NCBI GenBank assembly: GCA_016938675.1 | Contig: JAFGUF010000045.1 | Location: 14,450-78,449, forward strand | Length of the DNA: 64,000 nucleotides | Source: Clostridia bacterium | GTDB taxonomy: Bacteria; Bacillota; Clostridia; Christensenellales; UMGS416 | Reading direction: 5' to 3' | In this document: piece after piece, positions 36,312 through 44,457 of the stretch | Layout of the letters: each line of letters begins with the position of its first letter | How positions within the stretch are numbered: the first letter of the stretch is position 1 | Notes under the pieces: model-generated | Database searches by the model: none | What the model was told of the DNA's origin: nothing | The model's input: only the letters and a program-made list of their open reading frames with translations | Position numbers and translations under genes: made by a program

Positions 36312-38252
36312 TTAGTCTTTTACTATACGTTCGAGATTCTCAAAATCCAGATACAGGGATTTTCCTGCAAACTCTATTGTTATTGTATCCGACTTTCTCT
36401 CTGTCTCGGAGTACGGCGAATCATATCTGCTGTAGTCGGTGTCTACAACCTGTGAATTAATCATGAAATCCCCTCCGAATGTAAGCTCCATCTTTTTTCC
36501 GCCGCTTGTGTATGAAAGGTGAAGAGCTTCTTCGTCGAATTCAACAGTATTTGCTTTAATGTATTCTGCGAATTCTTCAAGCGTTGCATATTCGTCTTTT
36601 GTAGCAAGCTCACACATCCAGTATGTCACTGCGCCGTCCTGTATCAGGTCATCAGTCGTGCCTTCCTGCAGATAAAGCTCATTTTTGCCTATGAGGACTA
36701 TCCATGTGTTTTTGTACTCGCCAAAAGCATAATTGCCTTCAATTATTGTCCTGTCAAAAAGCTCAGTTGGAAAATATGCGTGAGTAAAGAATACAAGATT
36801 CTTCTCCATGAATCCTTTTTCATCCTCTATGGAATATATAGTTAAGTTGATGTTTTCATCCTGTGCGCTGTGAGGGAATCTGCCTGAGCCTACCCAGTAG
36901 TTGGGAGATCCGCTTAATGCTCCTTCGCCCAAAGGCTTGGCCGGATGCGTTGTGAATACACTGAACTCATAGCCAAGTGTTGCCGTCCACACATGCTGCT
37001 GGTCCGCAAATTCACCCGGATGGTGGTTCTGTGCTGTTGCCATCATGTAGTCATCTGTCCTGTAGGTATATGTGTTAGCCCTTTGTATGGAAACACCGTC
37101 TGTAATAGGGTTTAATATCCTGCTTATTGTTGGCAGCAGCCCTGCGTACTTAAGGAAGCTGATATTAATAAGCTTAAAGTCATTCAAAAACTCATTAGAA
37201 AGCATATTGTTCTTGCTTATGTATTTCATGGTGTTGCTTATTACTTCAGGATTAGTGAAGGATTCCATACCCCACTGCATCATTATCTGGTTGGTATCCT
37301 GCCCTACTAGGCCTTCGCCCTTCAGCTCACTTAAATCAAGCCCCGTAGATGCCTTTATAACAGCATCTTCTGTATCTCTGCCTATTGCGCGAATCACCTC
37401 AGGCACTTCATAGTTTTCTATCATGAGGAAGTTTATGTCCATGCCTTTGCGAGAGTCTCCTATTTCATATTCAGGCCAGATATCCATTGCGACCTCGCGC
37501 ATGGAATTATCCGCTCCTGATTTTTTGCCGCCTTCATAGCTCCTGCCGCTGGTTGATACAAGAGCACCCTTATATGATTGGGTAGCAAGGTCATATAGGA
37601 GCAAATCCATTATCATAGTCGCCTTCAGCTGTATGTCCTCGTCCCCTGCAAAATCAATCAAGTTGGAAAGCGGGCCGATATCCTCAACATAGTATGTATT
37701 TGAATACCATTCAATAAATCCGTAATCATACCTCTGCTTAAGCCATATATTCAGACGCTCTTTGCCTATTTCCATATGCTCTGCGCCTGTTTTTCCGTCG
37801 TTTGTGAATATCTCATCTGGGAAAAGCTGCCCGGCTAAGTATTCAGCAGTCGCAAAAAGCAATTGATGATTTTCAGACCAGAAGCACATACTGTCTTCCC
37901 CAGGCTGATCCATCCAGTATTTAAAGCCCAGCATTGTTTCCTTTATCGCATCGTATTGATTTTGGGGTATTTCATCTCCGTACTTATACATTACCCTCAT
38001 TAAAGATACCAATCGGAAATCCGAGCAGTCATATCTGCCGTTTACATAATCCAGCACATTGAATAATAACTCATCCGGATATTCCTCTCCACTTGAAACA
38101 GCCAGCAGATATTCATCCGGGCTTCCTTCCAGGCTTTGCTCGGGTCTTGAAGGCAGCTTTCCTATCTTATCACTCCTTAGAAAGTCTGCAGCCATCCATC
38201 CGATTATTCCCAGGATAAGCACAATCACAACAATAATAATCCACTTTTTCAT
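36312..38252 (-). CDS. Membrane-anchored ~650-aa protein of unrecognised family, paralog A (candidate polysaccharide lyase/hydrolase)
   Basis: It has an N-terminal TM anchor. Blocks shared with the 40753-42705 product include MDQPGEDSMCFWSENH, NIWLKQR, EWYSNTYY, PLSNLIDF, MLSNEFLN, IQRANTYT, ATAQNHHPGEF, SPNYWVG and KGFMEK. Confidence 0.55.
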   Translation of the reverse strand: MKKWIIIVVIVLILGIIGWMAADFLRSDKIGKLPSRPEQSLEGSPDEYLLAVSSGEEYPDELLFNVLDYVNGRYDCSDFRLVSLMRVMYKYGDEIPQNQYDAIKETMLGFKYWMDQPGEDSMCFWSENHQLLFATAEYLAGQLFPDEIFTNDGKTGAEHMEIGKERLNIWLKQRYDYGFIEWYSNTYYVEDIGPLSNLIDFAGDEDIQLKATMIMDLLLYDLATQSYKGALVSTSGRSYEGGKKSGADNSMREVAMDIWPEYEIGDSRKGMDINFLMIENYEVPEVIRAIGRDTEDAVIKASTGLDLSELKGEGLVGQDTNQIMMQWGMESFTNPEVISNTMKYISKNNMLSNEFLNDFKLINISFLKYAGLLPTISRILNPITDGVSIQRANTYTYRTDDYMMATAQNHHPGEFADQQHVWTATLGYEFSVFTTHPAKPLGEGALSGSPNYWVGSGRFPHSAQDENINLTIYSIEDEKGFMEKNLVFFTHAYFPTELFDRTIIEGNYAFGEYKNTWIVLIGKNELYLQEGTTDDLIQDGAVTYWMCELATKDEYATLEEFAEYIKANTVEFDEEALHLSYTSGGKKMELTFGGDFMINSQVVDTDYSRYDSPYSETERKSDTITIEFAGKSLYLDFENLERIVKD

Positions 38253-38261
38253 ATCGCACCT

Positions 38262-39323
38262 CTATTTATTAAGCATCTCATAATTGGCAGCTGCAAAAAA
38301 CAGCGCAGCAAGGCCATATGACCAGTCTATCTCTTTGAAAACAAGCCTCTGAATCCTGTATCCTGCGTAGGGGAAAATCTGAACAGGAATTGTCGGCCCG
38401 CTTATGTAGTCCATGCTAAGCATTCCGTCTTTGTATACCTGCAGATCGTCTACCACAGCATAAAAGGACTTCTTCGCAGGCTGTAGGAATTTGCTGTCCA
38501 GATATCCTTTTCTTACGCCGTGCATCCAGCCGGAGGCAATTAGCGCAGTTGCGCTGCTTTCTTTTTTTGTTTTGCCCGGCTTATTCAGAATCAGTTCAAA
38601 GTAACCATCTTCTCTCTGATACTTCAACAGTGATTCTGATATTTCTACTAGTATGTTTTTTGCTCTTTCCTTTTCCGGCCCTTCCGGCAGATTGTCAAGG
38701 AGCATGGGCATAGCGGCCACTACCCAGCCGTTGCCTCTGCCCCAGAATAAATTATCAGGGTATTTCTTGCCCTGCTTCACCCAATATGAGTGCACAAATA
38801 GTTTTGTCTCCTTATCCTGTAGAAAATCGGAGAAAAACTTTGGCTGGGTTTTCGCGAAATCCATTAGCCAGTCAATATCGTTTTCCTTTGCATAAAGCGC
38901 GCTGAAAACACCGTACATCATGATGGAATCAACCCAGATACTTCTTGGGTACATTTTCCCTTCAGGTGATGAGCCCAGATGGTTTGGCATATTGTTGATG
39001 ATCTTTTCGGAATTTTTTATATAGTCTATGCCTCTGTCTGTAATCTCTTTGTATTTTTCATCACACAGTTTTTTCTGCAGATAATATGTCGCCAGCGTCG
39101 GCGCAAGGGTGTCCGATTGGTCTACTCTTAGCCCTTTTTCGATGTGATGGTCTGCATATCTTTTGATATAGTCAGTATACCTGTCATCACCAAGCAGATC
39201 ATTAAGTATGCCAAGTGAATGCATCAAAAGCGCTTCGCCCCACATCCACTTCAATCCTTCAGGCGCAAATCTTTTCGTAGCTGCATCCGCAAGCTGAAGC
39301 GTTTTTTCAAAATACTTGTCCAT
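38262..39323 (-). CDS. GH88/GH105-family unsaturated glucuronyl / rhamnogalacturonyl hydrolase
   Basis: It has the WMWGEALLMHSL start, IWVDSIMM, and the FWGRGNGW signature. No signal peptide is present. Confidence 0.8.
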   Translation of the reverse strand: MDKYFEKTLQLADAATKRFAPEGLKWMWGEALLMHSLGILNDLLGDDRYTDYIKRYADHHIEKGLRVDQSDTLAPTLATYYLQKKLCDEKYKEITDRGIDYIKNSEKIINNMPNHLGSSPEGKMYPRSIWVDSIMMYGVFSALYAKENDIDWLMDFAKTQPKFFSDFLQDKETKLFVHSYWVKQGKKYPDNLFWGRGNGWVVAAMPMLLDNLPEGPEKERAKNILVEISESLLKYQREDGYFELILNKPGKTKKESSATALIASGWMHGVRKGYLDSKFLQPAKKSFYAVVDDLQVYKDGMLSMDYISGPTIPVQIFPYAGYRIQRLVFKEIDWSYGLAALFFAAANYEMLNK

Positions 39324-39370
39324 TTATCCTCCTTATAGAATATATTTATATATCTTACTACTTGTGTTTT

Positions 39371-40147
39371 TTAATTTAAGATTTTTCTTATATAGTTATA
39401 GCTTCTCAGGATATCCTCTTCAGGCTTTTTTGTGTCCTGCTCAATGGAATAGAAGTCAATTTTTCTGTGCCAGTCATTTTTTAGGATTGCTGCAAAATCA
39501 ATGGTGCCGTCGCCCAAAGCTCCGTCTCGTGATATAAACTTTCCCCTTTTGAATTCGAAAATATTATCTCTTAGGTGGACTCCCTTTATTCTATCAATCC
39601 TGCCTTCAATAAATTTCGCAGGATTGTATCCGCTCTTTGCTAGCCAATATGTATCGCACACGAAGTTTACATAATCTGCATCTGTGCTCTTCATGAGCAA
39701 ATCAAATGAAATATCTTCGCCAAATTTTATAAGCTCAAAATTATGATGATGATATAGCAGCCTAACTCCTCTGTGCTCCATTTTTTTGCCAAGTTCATTG
39801 AGCTTTGCTGCAAGTTCTACTATTCCCTTTCTTCCCGCTAAAAAGCTGCCTGCGGGAATCACGGAGACTTCGATAAAATGAATATCAAGCTTAGAACAGA
39901 ACTCCATAAGAAAATCAAAATTGCTTATTATCTTCTTCAGTGTTATCTGGCAAGCAGTGTAATTAATGCCATGTGTTTCTTTCAACTTGCTTAGGGCATT
40001 AAGCACCCCTTCATCAAATTTAATTCTGGATAGTTCAAAGTTATTAATCCCCATTCTTAAGTAGAATTCCAATGTCTTTTCCAGCCCGTCCGGAGATTTG
40101 ATATTTTTTCTTATGGTAAATGTCTGCAGTCCAATTTTATTAAGCAT
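39371..40147 (-). CDS. Sugar phosphate isomerase/epimerase (xylose-isomerase-like TIM barrel)
   Basis: 258 aa. NNFELS, the HHHNFE metal-site block and GVHLRD are typical of AP-endonuclease-2 / TIM-barrel isomerases. Confidence 0.7.
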   Translation of the reverse strand: MLNKIGLQTFTIRKNIKSPDGLEKTLEFYLRMGINNFELSRIKFDEGVLNALSKLKETHGINYTACQITLKKIISNFDFLMEFCSKLDIHFIEVSVIPAGSFLAGRKGIVELAAKLNELGKKMEHRGVRLLYHHHNFELIKFGEDISFDLLMKSTDADYVNFVCDTYWLAKSGYNPAKFIEGRIDRIKGVHLRDNIFEFKRGKFISRDGALGDGTIDFAAILKNDWHRKIDFYSIEQDTKKPEEDILRSYNYIRKILN

Positions 40148-40167
40148 ATTTCCTCACCTAACCAGCG

Positions 40168-40716
40168 CTATTTATTCGCTGAAAACCCTTCTATGGTCTG
40201 TCTGACGCACTTTTCCAACAAATCTTCCTGATTAACGTCATCCATTGATAGCACTTGCTTGGTGACGCCCAGTACGACAAGTCTGTATATTTCATGATCT
40301 ACGGGTTTTAGATATCCCTCTTCAATACACTGATTATAGAGCTTTCTCGACATATTCCAGTTGTCTTCAATATAGTGGATAAACATATCATAGGGCTTGG
40401 GGAAGTCATCCTTCATCATTATAGCTTTATGGTAGTCTATGTCCTTAACGTCGGGAAATGCACATGTAACATATATTAGCTTTTCAAGAGTATTGTATTT
40501 GTCAGACGCGATTATTTTCTCAAGCCTGTTTTCGATGCCCTCGAATGCAGCCTTTACAACCAGTATTATCAATGCTTCTTTATTTCCGTATTCTGCATAT
40601 ATGGTTTTCTTGCTTATCTTCATTGCCGAGGCGACATCGTCCATCTTGAACTTTGGGCCTTTTTCTGCAAATAAGTCAATGACAGTATTCACTATTTCTT
40701 TATCTCTTGTATTCAC
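40168..40716 (-). CDS. TetR/AcrR-family transcriptional regulator
   Basis: The N-terminal HTH reads FAEKGPKFKMDDVASAMKISKKTIYAEYGNKEALI. Confidence 0.85.
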   Translation of the reverse strand: MNTRDKEIVNTVIDLFAEKGPKFKMDDVASAMKISKKTIYAEYGNKEALIILVVKAAFEGIENRLEKIIASDKYNTLEKLIYVTCAFPDVKDIDYHKAIMMKDDFPKPYDMFIHYIEDNWNMSRKLYNQCIEEGYLKPVDHEIYRLVVLGVTKQVLSMDDVNQEDLLEKCVRQTIEGFSANK

Positions 40717-40752
40717 CTTTCCCTCCTTTATTCTTACTAGGCAAATAAATTA

Positions 40753-42705
40753 CTACTCGTTTCTCACGCAGTTTTCATAGTCTAGCATCAGGCTGCTTCC
40801 ATCAAATGATATTTCTATTACTTGGCTTTCCCTTTGTGTATCGCTGTATTTAGATTCGAACCTTTTGTACTCAGTATCCTGTTTTTTGCCGTCAATGTTG
40901 AAATCACCTTTATACTTAAGCCTATAGTCCCTGCCTGTCGTAGCGTAGCACAGTGTCTTCGATTCCGAATCGAAGCTAAGCTCATTGCTTCTTATCCTTT
41001 GGGAGAACTCCTCAAAGGTCTCTTTATCCCGGCTGCTAAGCTCCGTAACCCAGTATGTCAATTCACCTTCCTGCAGCAGCTCATCCGCAGTCATTGTCAT
41101 TTTGCTTCCGCTGCGTATGGCTATAAATGCATCACCACGCCTGCCTGTCACTACTTTATTTGATAGTTCAACTTCATTGAATAAACTTTTCGGGAAATAG
41201 CAATGTGTCTTCATGTCCCTTTTCTTCTCCATGAAGCCTTTCTTGCCATCAAGTGAATATATTGTTATATTAACATTTTTGTCTTGAACAGAGTGAGGAT
41301 TGATTCCATTACCCACCCAGTAATTGGGCGAAGCGCTCAACGCGCCATCATCGCTAAAGGGTGGCGCAGGATGCGTAGTGAATATGCATAAATTATCTGC
41401 CAGAGTAGCAGACCATATATGCTGCTGGTCTCCGAACTCTCCGGGATGGTGGTTTTGAGCGGTCGCCAGCATATAATCTTTAGTTTTGAAGGTGTATGTG
41501 TTCGCCCTCTGTATTGCAACTCCGTCTGAAAAAGGCCTTAGAATGCCGCTTATTACAGGCAGCAGCCCAGTATATTTTAATATCGACAAATCAATTAATT
41601 TAAATCCGTTTAAAAACTCATTGGATAGCATGTGGTTTTTGTGCACATACTTTATTGTATCTGTCACAACCTCTTTATTTGAGAATGATTCCATCGCCCA
41701 CTGCATCATCACTCTTTCAAGGCTTTGGCCTTTGGGCATTTCTTTTACTAGTTCAGTCAGGTTAAGTCCGGACGAAGCTTTTATAATTCCTGCCTCACTA
41801 TCCAGCCCAATCTTTTTTATCACATCCGGCACTTTGTAGTTGTTTATATATATGAAGTTCTGGTCGAGCCCCTTTTTCTCATATCCCATTTTATATCCCC
41901 ATACAGAATAGGTGATGTTTCTGAGCGCGCTGTTTTCACCGCTTTTTTTGCCCAGCTCATACTGCCTTCCACTGGTTGAGGTGAAGCTGCCCATATGGCT
42001 CTGCGTAGCAATATCATGAAGCAGGATATCCATTATCATTTTGCTTCTTGTTACAACTTCACTATTATCACAAAAATCAATCAGATTAGAAAGCGGAGCA
42101 ATGTCTTCTTCATAGTATGTATTGCTGTACCACTCCGTAAAGCCATAATAAAATCTTTGCTTAAGCCATATATTTATCCTCTCCAGCGCAATTTCTTTAT
42201 GTCTCTTGCCAGTCAGGTTGTCGTTTGTAAAAATTTCATCTTCATATAGCTGTCCTGTCAGGTATTCAGCTGCAGCAAAAAGCAAAAGGTGATTCTCTGA
42301 CCAGAAACACATGCTATCCTCGCCCGGCTGATCCATAAAGAACTTTGAGCTAAGCAAAGAATTTTTAATCATTTCTATATATTTTTCTGGGATTTTATCT
42401 GAATGCTTAAACAGCATTCTCAAAAGTGTCTGCATCCTGAAATCGACGCAGTCGAATCTGTAGTCCAAATAGCTGCATGTGCTTTCTATTGTGGAAAAAT
42501 CCGCTTCATCAAGTGAGATTTTTTCCTCCAGCTTATATAGCAGCTCATGGAGATTGGAATTCATGATCTTATCAAATCCATCATCTCTGCCTTCTGCCTT
42601 TGGCCTAGCTGGGATTATCTTTATCCTTGAATTCTTTTGAAATTCAATAAAAGTAATAATGGCTATGATTAAGATTAGCCCTGCGATTGCTATAAATATG
42701 TACAT
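40753..42705 (-). CDS. Membrane-anchored ~650-aa protein of unrecognised family, paralog B
   Basis: It has an N-terminal TM anchor. It is collinear with the 36312-38252 product over its full length, with roughly half of the residues identical by eye. RBS aggagg precedes the start. Confidence 0.55.
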   Translation of the reverse strand: MYIFIAIAGLILIIAIITFIEFQKNSRIKIIPARPKAEGRDDGFDKIMNSNLHELLYKLEEKISLDEADFSTIESTCSYLDYRFDCVDFRMQTLLRMLFKHSDKIPEKYIEMIKNSLLSSKFFMDQPGEDSMCFWSENHLLLFAAAEYLTGQLYEDEIFTNDNLTGKRHKEIALERINIWLKQRFYYGFTEWYSNTYYEEDIAPLSNLIDFCDNSEVVTRSKMIMDILLHDIATQSHMGSFTSTSGRQYELGKKSGENSALRNITYSVWGYKMGYEKKGLDQNFIYINNYKVPDVIKKIGLDSEAGIIKASSGLNLTELVKEMPKGQSLERVMMQWAMESFSNKEVVTDTIKYVHKNHMLSNEFLNGFKLIDLSILKYTGLLPVISGILRPFSDGVAIQRANTYTFKTKDYMLATAQNHHPGEFGDQQHIWSATLADNLCIFTTHPAPPFSDDGALSASPNYWVGNGINPHSVQDKNVNITIYSLDGKKGFMEKKRDMKTHCYFPKSLFNEVELSNKVVTGRRGDAFIAIRSGSKMTMTADELLQEGELTYWVTELSSRDKETFEEFSQRIRSNELSFDSESKTLCYATTGRDYRLKYKGDFNIDGKKQDTEYKRFESKYSDTQRESQVIEISFDGSSLMLDYENCVRNE

Positions 42706-42768
42706 CCTTCTCCTCCTTCAGCATCAACAACTTTATTGCGCAACACGGGTGTATTCAATTAATAATTA

Positions 42769-42797
42769 AATTATACTGCGGAAACTCGTTTTTGTAA
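42769..42797 (-). promoter_or_regulatory. SigmaA-type promoter of the TetR-containing operon
   Basis: Minus strand reads TTTACA, then a 17-nt spacer, then TATAAT. It lies about 60 nt upstream of the ATG at 42705. Confidence 0.6.
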
Positions 42798-42820
42798 ACC
42801 AGTTTCTTAAAATGAGTTTC
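42779..42820. promoter_or_regulatory. Candidate TetR operator: 13-nt inverted arms plus a central AAAC-NN-GTTT unit, overlapping the -35 and spacer
   Basis: ggaaactcgtttt (42779-42791) and aaaatgagtttcc (42808-42820) are reverse complements with one mismatch. The central aaaccagttt is a third copy of the same half-site pattern. Confidence 0.5.
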
Positions 42821-42908
42821 CAGGATTGAATTTTTATTTATTTACCACGAAATGAAGAAAATATTTATTTTTATACTAACTCAACAAAATTTCTATCGCA
42901 TAATATTG

Positions 42909-42954
42909 ACATATGCCTATAATAGGTGTAAAGTGTTTTAGGCATATGTTTTTT
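42909..42954 (+). promoter_or_regulatory. 11-bp perfect inverted repeat followed by a T-run upstream of the Nox-like gene (operator or leader hairpin)
   Basis: acatatgccta (42909-42919) and taggcatatgt (42938-42948) are perfect reverse complements, followed by tttttt. The left arm overlaps a TTGACA hexamer at 42905-42910. Confidence 0.4.
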
Positions 42955-43017
42955 ACTTAATCAAATATATTTTATAATCATATACCACAAAATAAAAATG
43001 CTTTTGGGAGGTTCAAA

Positions 43018-44361
43018 ATGGTAAATACAGACGTATTGATTATCGGAGGCAGCGCTGCCGGCCTGGTCTCAGCGATGACAGTGAAGTCAGTCAACAAAGA
43101 CAAAAAGGTAACATTGGTAAGGAAAGAAGAGAAGGTTATGATTCCTTGTGGAATTCCCTACATATTCGGAACAATAGGAACGAGCGACAAGAATATCTTG
43201 CCCGATCAGGGACTCGTTAATTTAGGAGTCGATATTGTAGTAGATGAGATAACATCTATAGATACCGAAACAAAAACTGCTCTTGCAAAAAGCGGAGAGA
43301 AGTACAAATATGAAAAGCTGATTTTAGGAACTGGCTCTGAACCAAGCATCCCTGCCTGGCTGAAGGGCGCAGACAAAGAGAACGTATTTACTATACCAAA
43401 GAGAAAAGAATACCTAGACACTCTTCAAGAAAAGCTAAACGGCAAAAAGCAAATACTAATCGTAGGTGCCGGCTTTATAGGCGTTGAGGTGGCAGACGAG
43501 CTTAACAAAAAAGGATTTGATATTACTCTTGTTGAAATCCTCCCCCATATTCTCGGTGTGGCGTTTGACCAGGAATTTGCTGAGAATGCTAAAACCGCAC
43601 TTACAGAACGTGGCGTAAAAGTGCTTAACGACACTGGAATTAAGGAAATTCTTGGCAAGGACAAAGTTGAAAGCGTTCTATTAACTGACGGCACGACATT
43701 GGATGCAGACGCTGTAATACTCTCTCTGGGATATCAGCCAAATTCAGCACTTGCAAAAGATATGGGCCTAAAAATAAACGAATGCGGCTTTATTGAAACC
43801 GACCAGTATAAGAGAACTTCAAAGAAAGATATTTTTGCCGTAGGCGACTGCTCAGAAAAGAAGGACTTCCTTACGGGCAAGTTAAGCAAGATAATGCTTG
43901 CTTCCACAGCATGTGCCGAGGCTAGAGTAGCAGGGCTGAATCTATATTCACTGTCAACAGTAAGTACATTCAGGGGAACTATAGGTATATACTCAACCAG
44001 CATCGGTGACATGGCATATGGCGTAGCAGGCCTTACCGAGAGTATCGCAATAAAGGAAGGCTTCGACATTGTAACAGCTTCGTTCACAGGCGTAGATACC
44101 CATCCCGGATGCATAGAACATTCACAAAAACAGACCGTTAAGCTGATAGTATCAAAGAAAAATGGCGTAATATTGGGCGGCGAAGCAATGGGCGGCAGAA
44201 GCGTGGGTGAGCTGACAAATGTGCTTGGCTTTATCATCCAGAATAATATGACAATAAACAACCTGCTGGTAGCACAGATCGGAACTCAGCCAATGCTTAC
44301 AGCATCACCTGCAGGGTATCCTTTGATAAAGGCTGCAGAAATCGCATCAAGAATGCTATAG
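43018..44361 (+). CDS. FAD-dependent pyridine nucleotide-disulfide oxidoreductase, single-Cys Nox/Npx/CoA-disulfide-reductase type
   Basis: VLIIGGSAAGL is the FAD fold and ILIVGAGFIGVEVA the NAD(P)H fold. A single redox Cys occurs in MIPCGIPY (C44), and GD occurs in FAVGDC. RBS gggagg precedes the start. Confidence 0.8.
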   Translation: MVNTDVLIIGGSAAGLVSAMTVKSVNKDKKVTLVRKEEKVMIPCGIPYIFGTIGTSDKNILPDQGLVNLGVDIVVDEITSIDTETKTALAKSGEKYKYEKLILGTGSEPSIPAWLKGADKENVFTIPKRKEYLDTLQEKLNGKKQILIVGAGFIGVEVADELNKKGFDITLVEILPHILGVAFDQEFAENAKTALTERGVKVLNDTGIKEILGKDKVESVLLTDGTTLDADAVILSLGYQPNSALAKDMGLKINECGFIETDQYKRTSKKDIFAVGDCSEKKDFLTGKLSKIMLASTACAEARVAGLNLYSLSTVSTFRGTIGIYSTSIGDMAYGVAGLTESIAIKEGFDIVTASFTGVDTHPGCIEHSQKQTVKLIVSKKNGVILGGEAMGGRSVGELTNVLGFIIQNNMTINNLLVAQIGTQPMLTASPAGYPLIKAAEIASRML

Positions 44362-44387
44362 GTAACATACCTCTCAATATATGAAAA

Positions 44388-44420
44388 GCAGCAGGAATAA
44401 GTATTTCCTACTGCTTTTTT
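44388..44420 (+). terminator. Terminator after the Nox-like gene (probably bidirectional)
   Basis: gcagcaggaa / ttcctactgc forms a 10-bp stem with one mismatch, followed by tttttt. An AAAA run precedes it. Confidence 0.7.
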
Positions 44421-44457
44421 ATTATGCATTTTTTCAATAACTGAGATACTCTGTCGT

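Noticed and set aside
42905-42922. TTGACA and TATAAT hexamers upstream of the Nox-like gene read as one promoter
   Set aside because: They are only 6 nt apart, so they cannot act together as -35 and -10. Other pairings are discussed in the findings.
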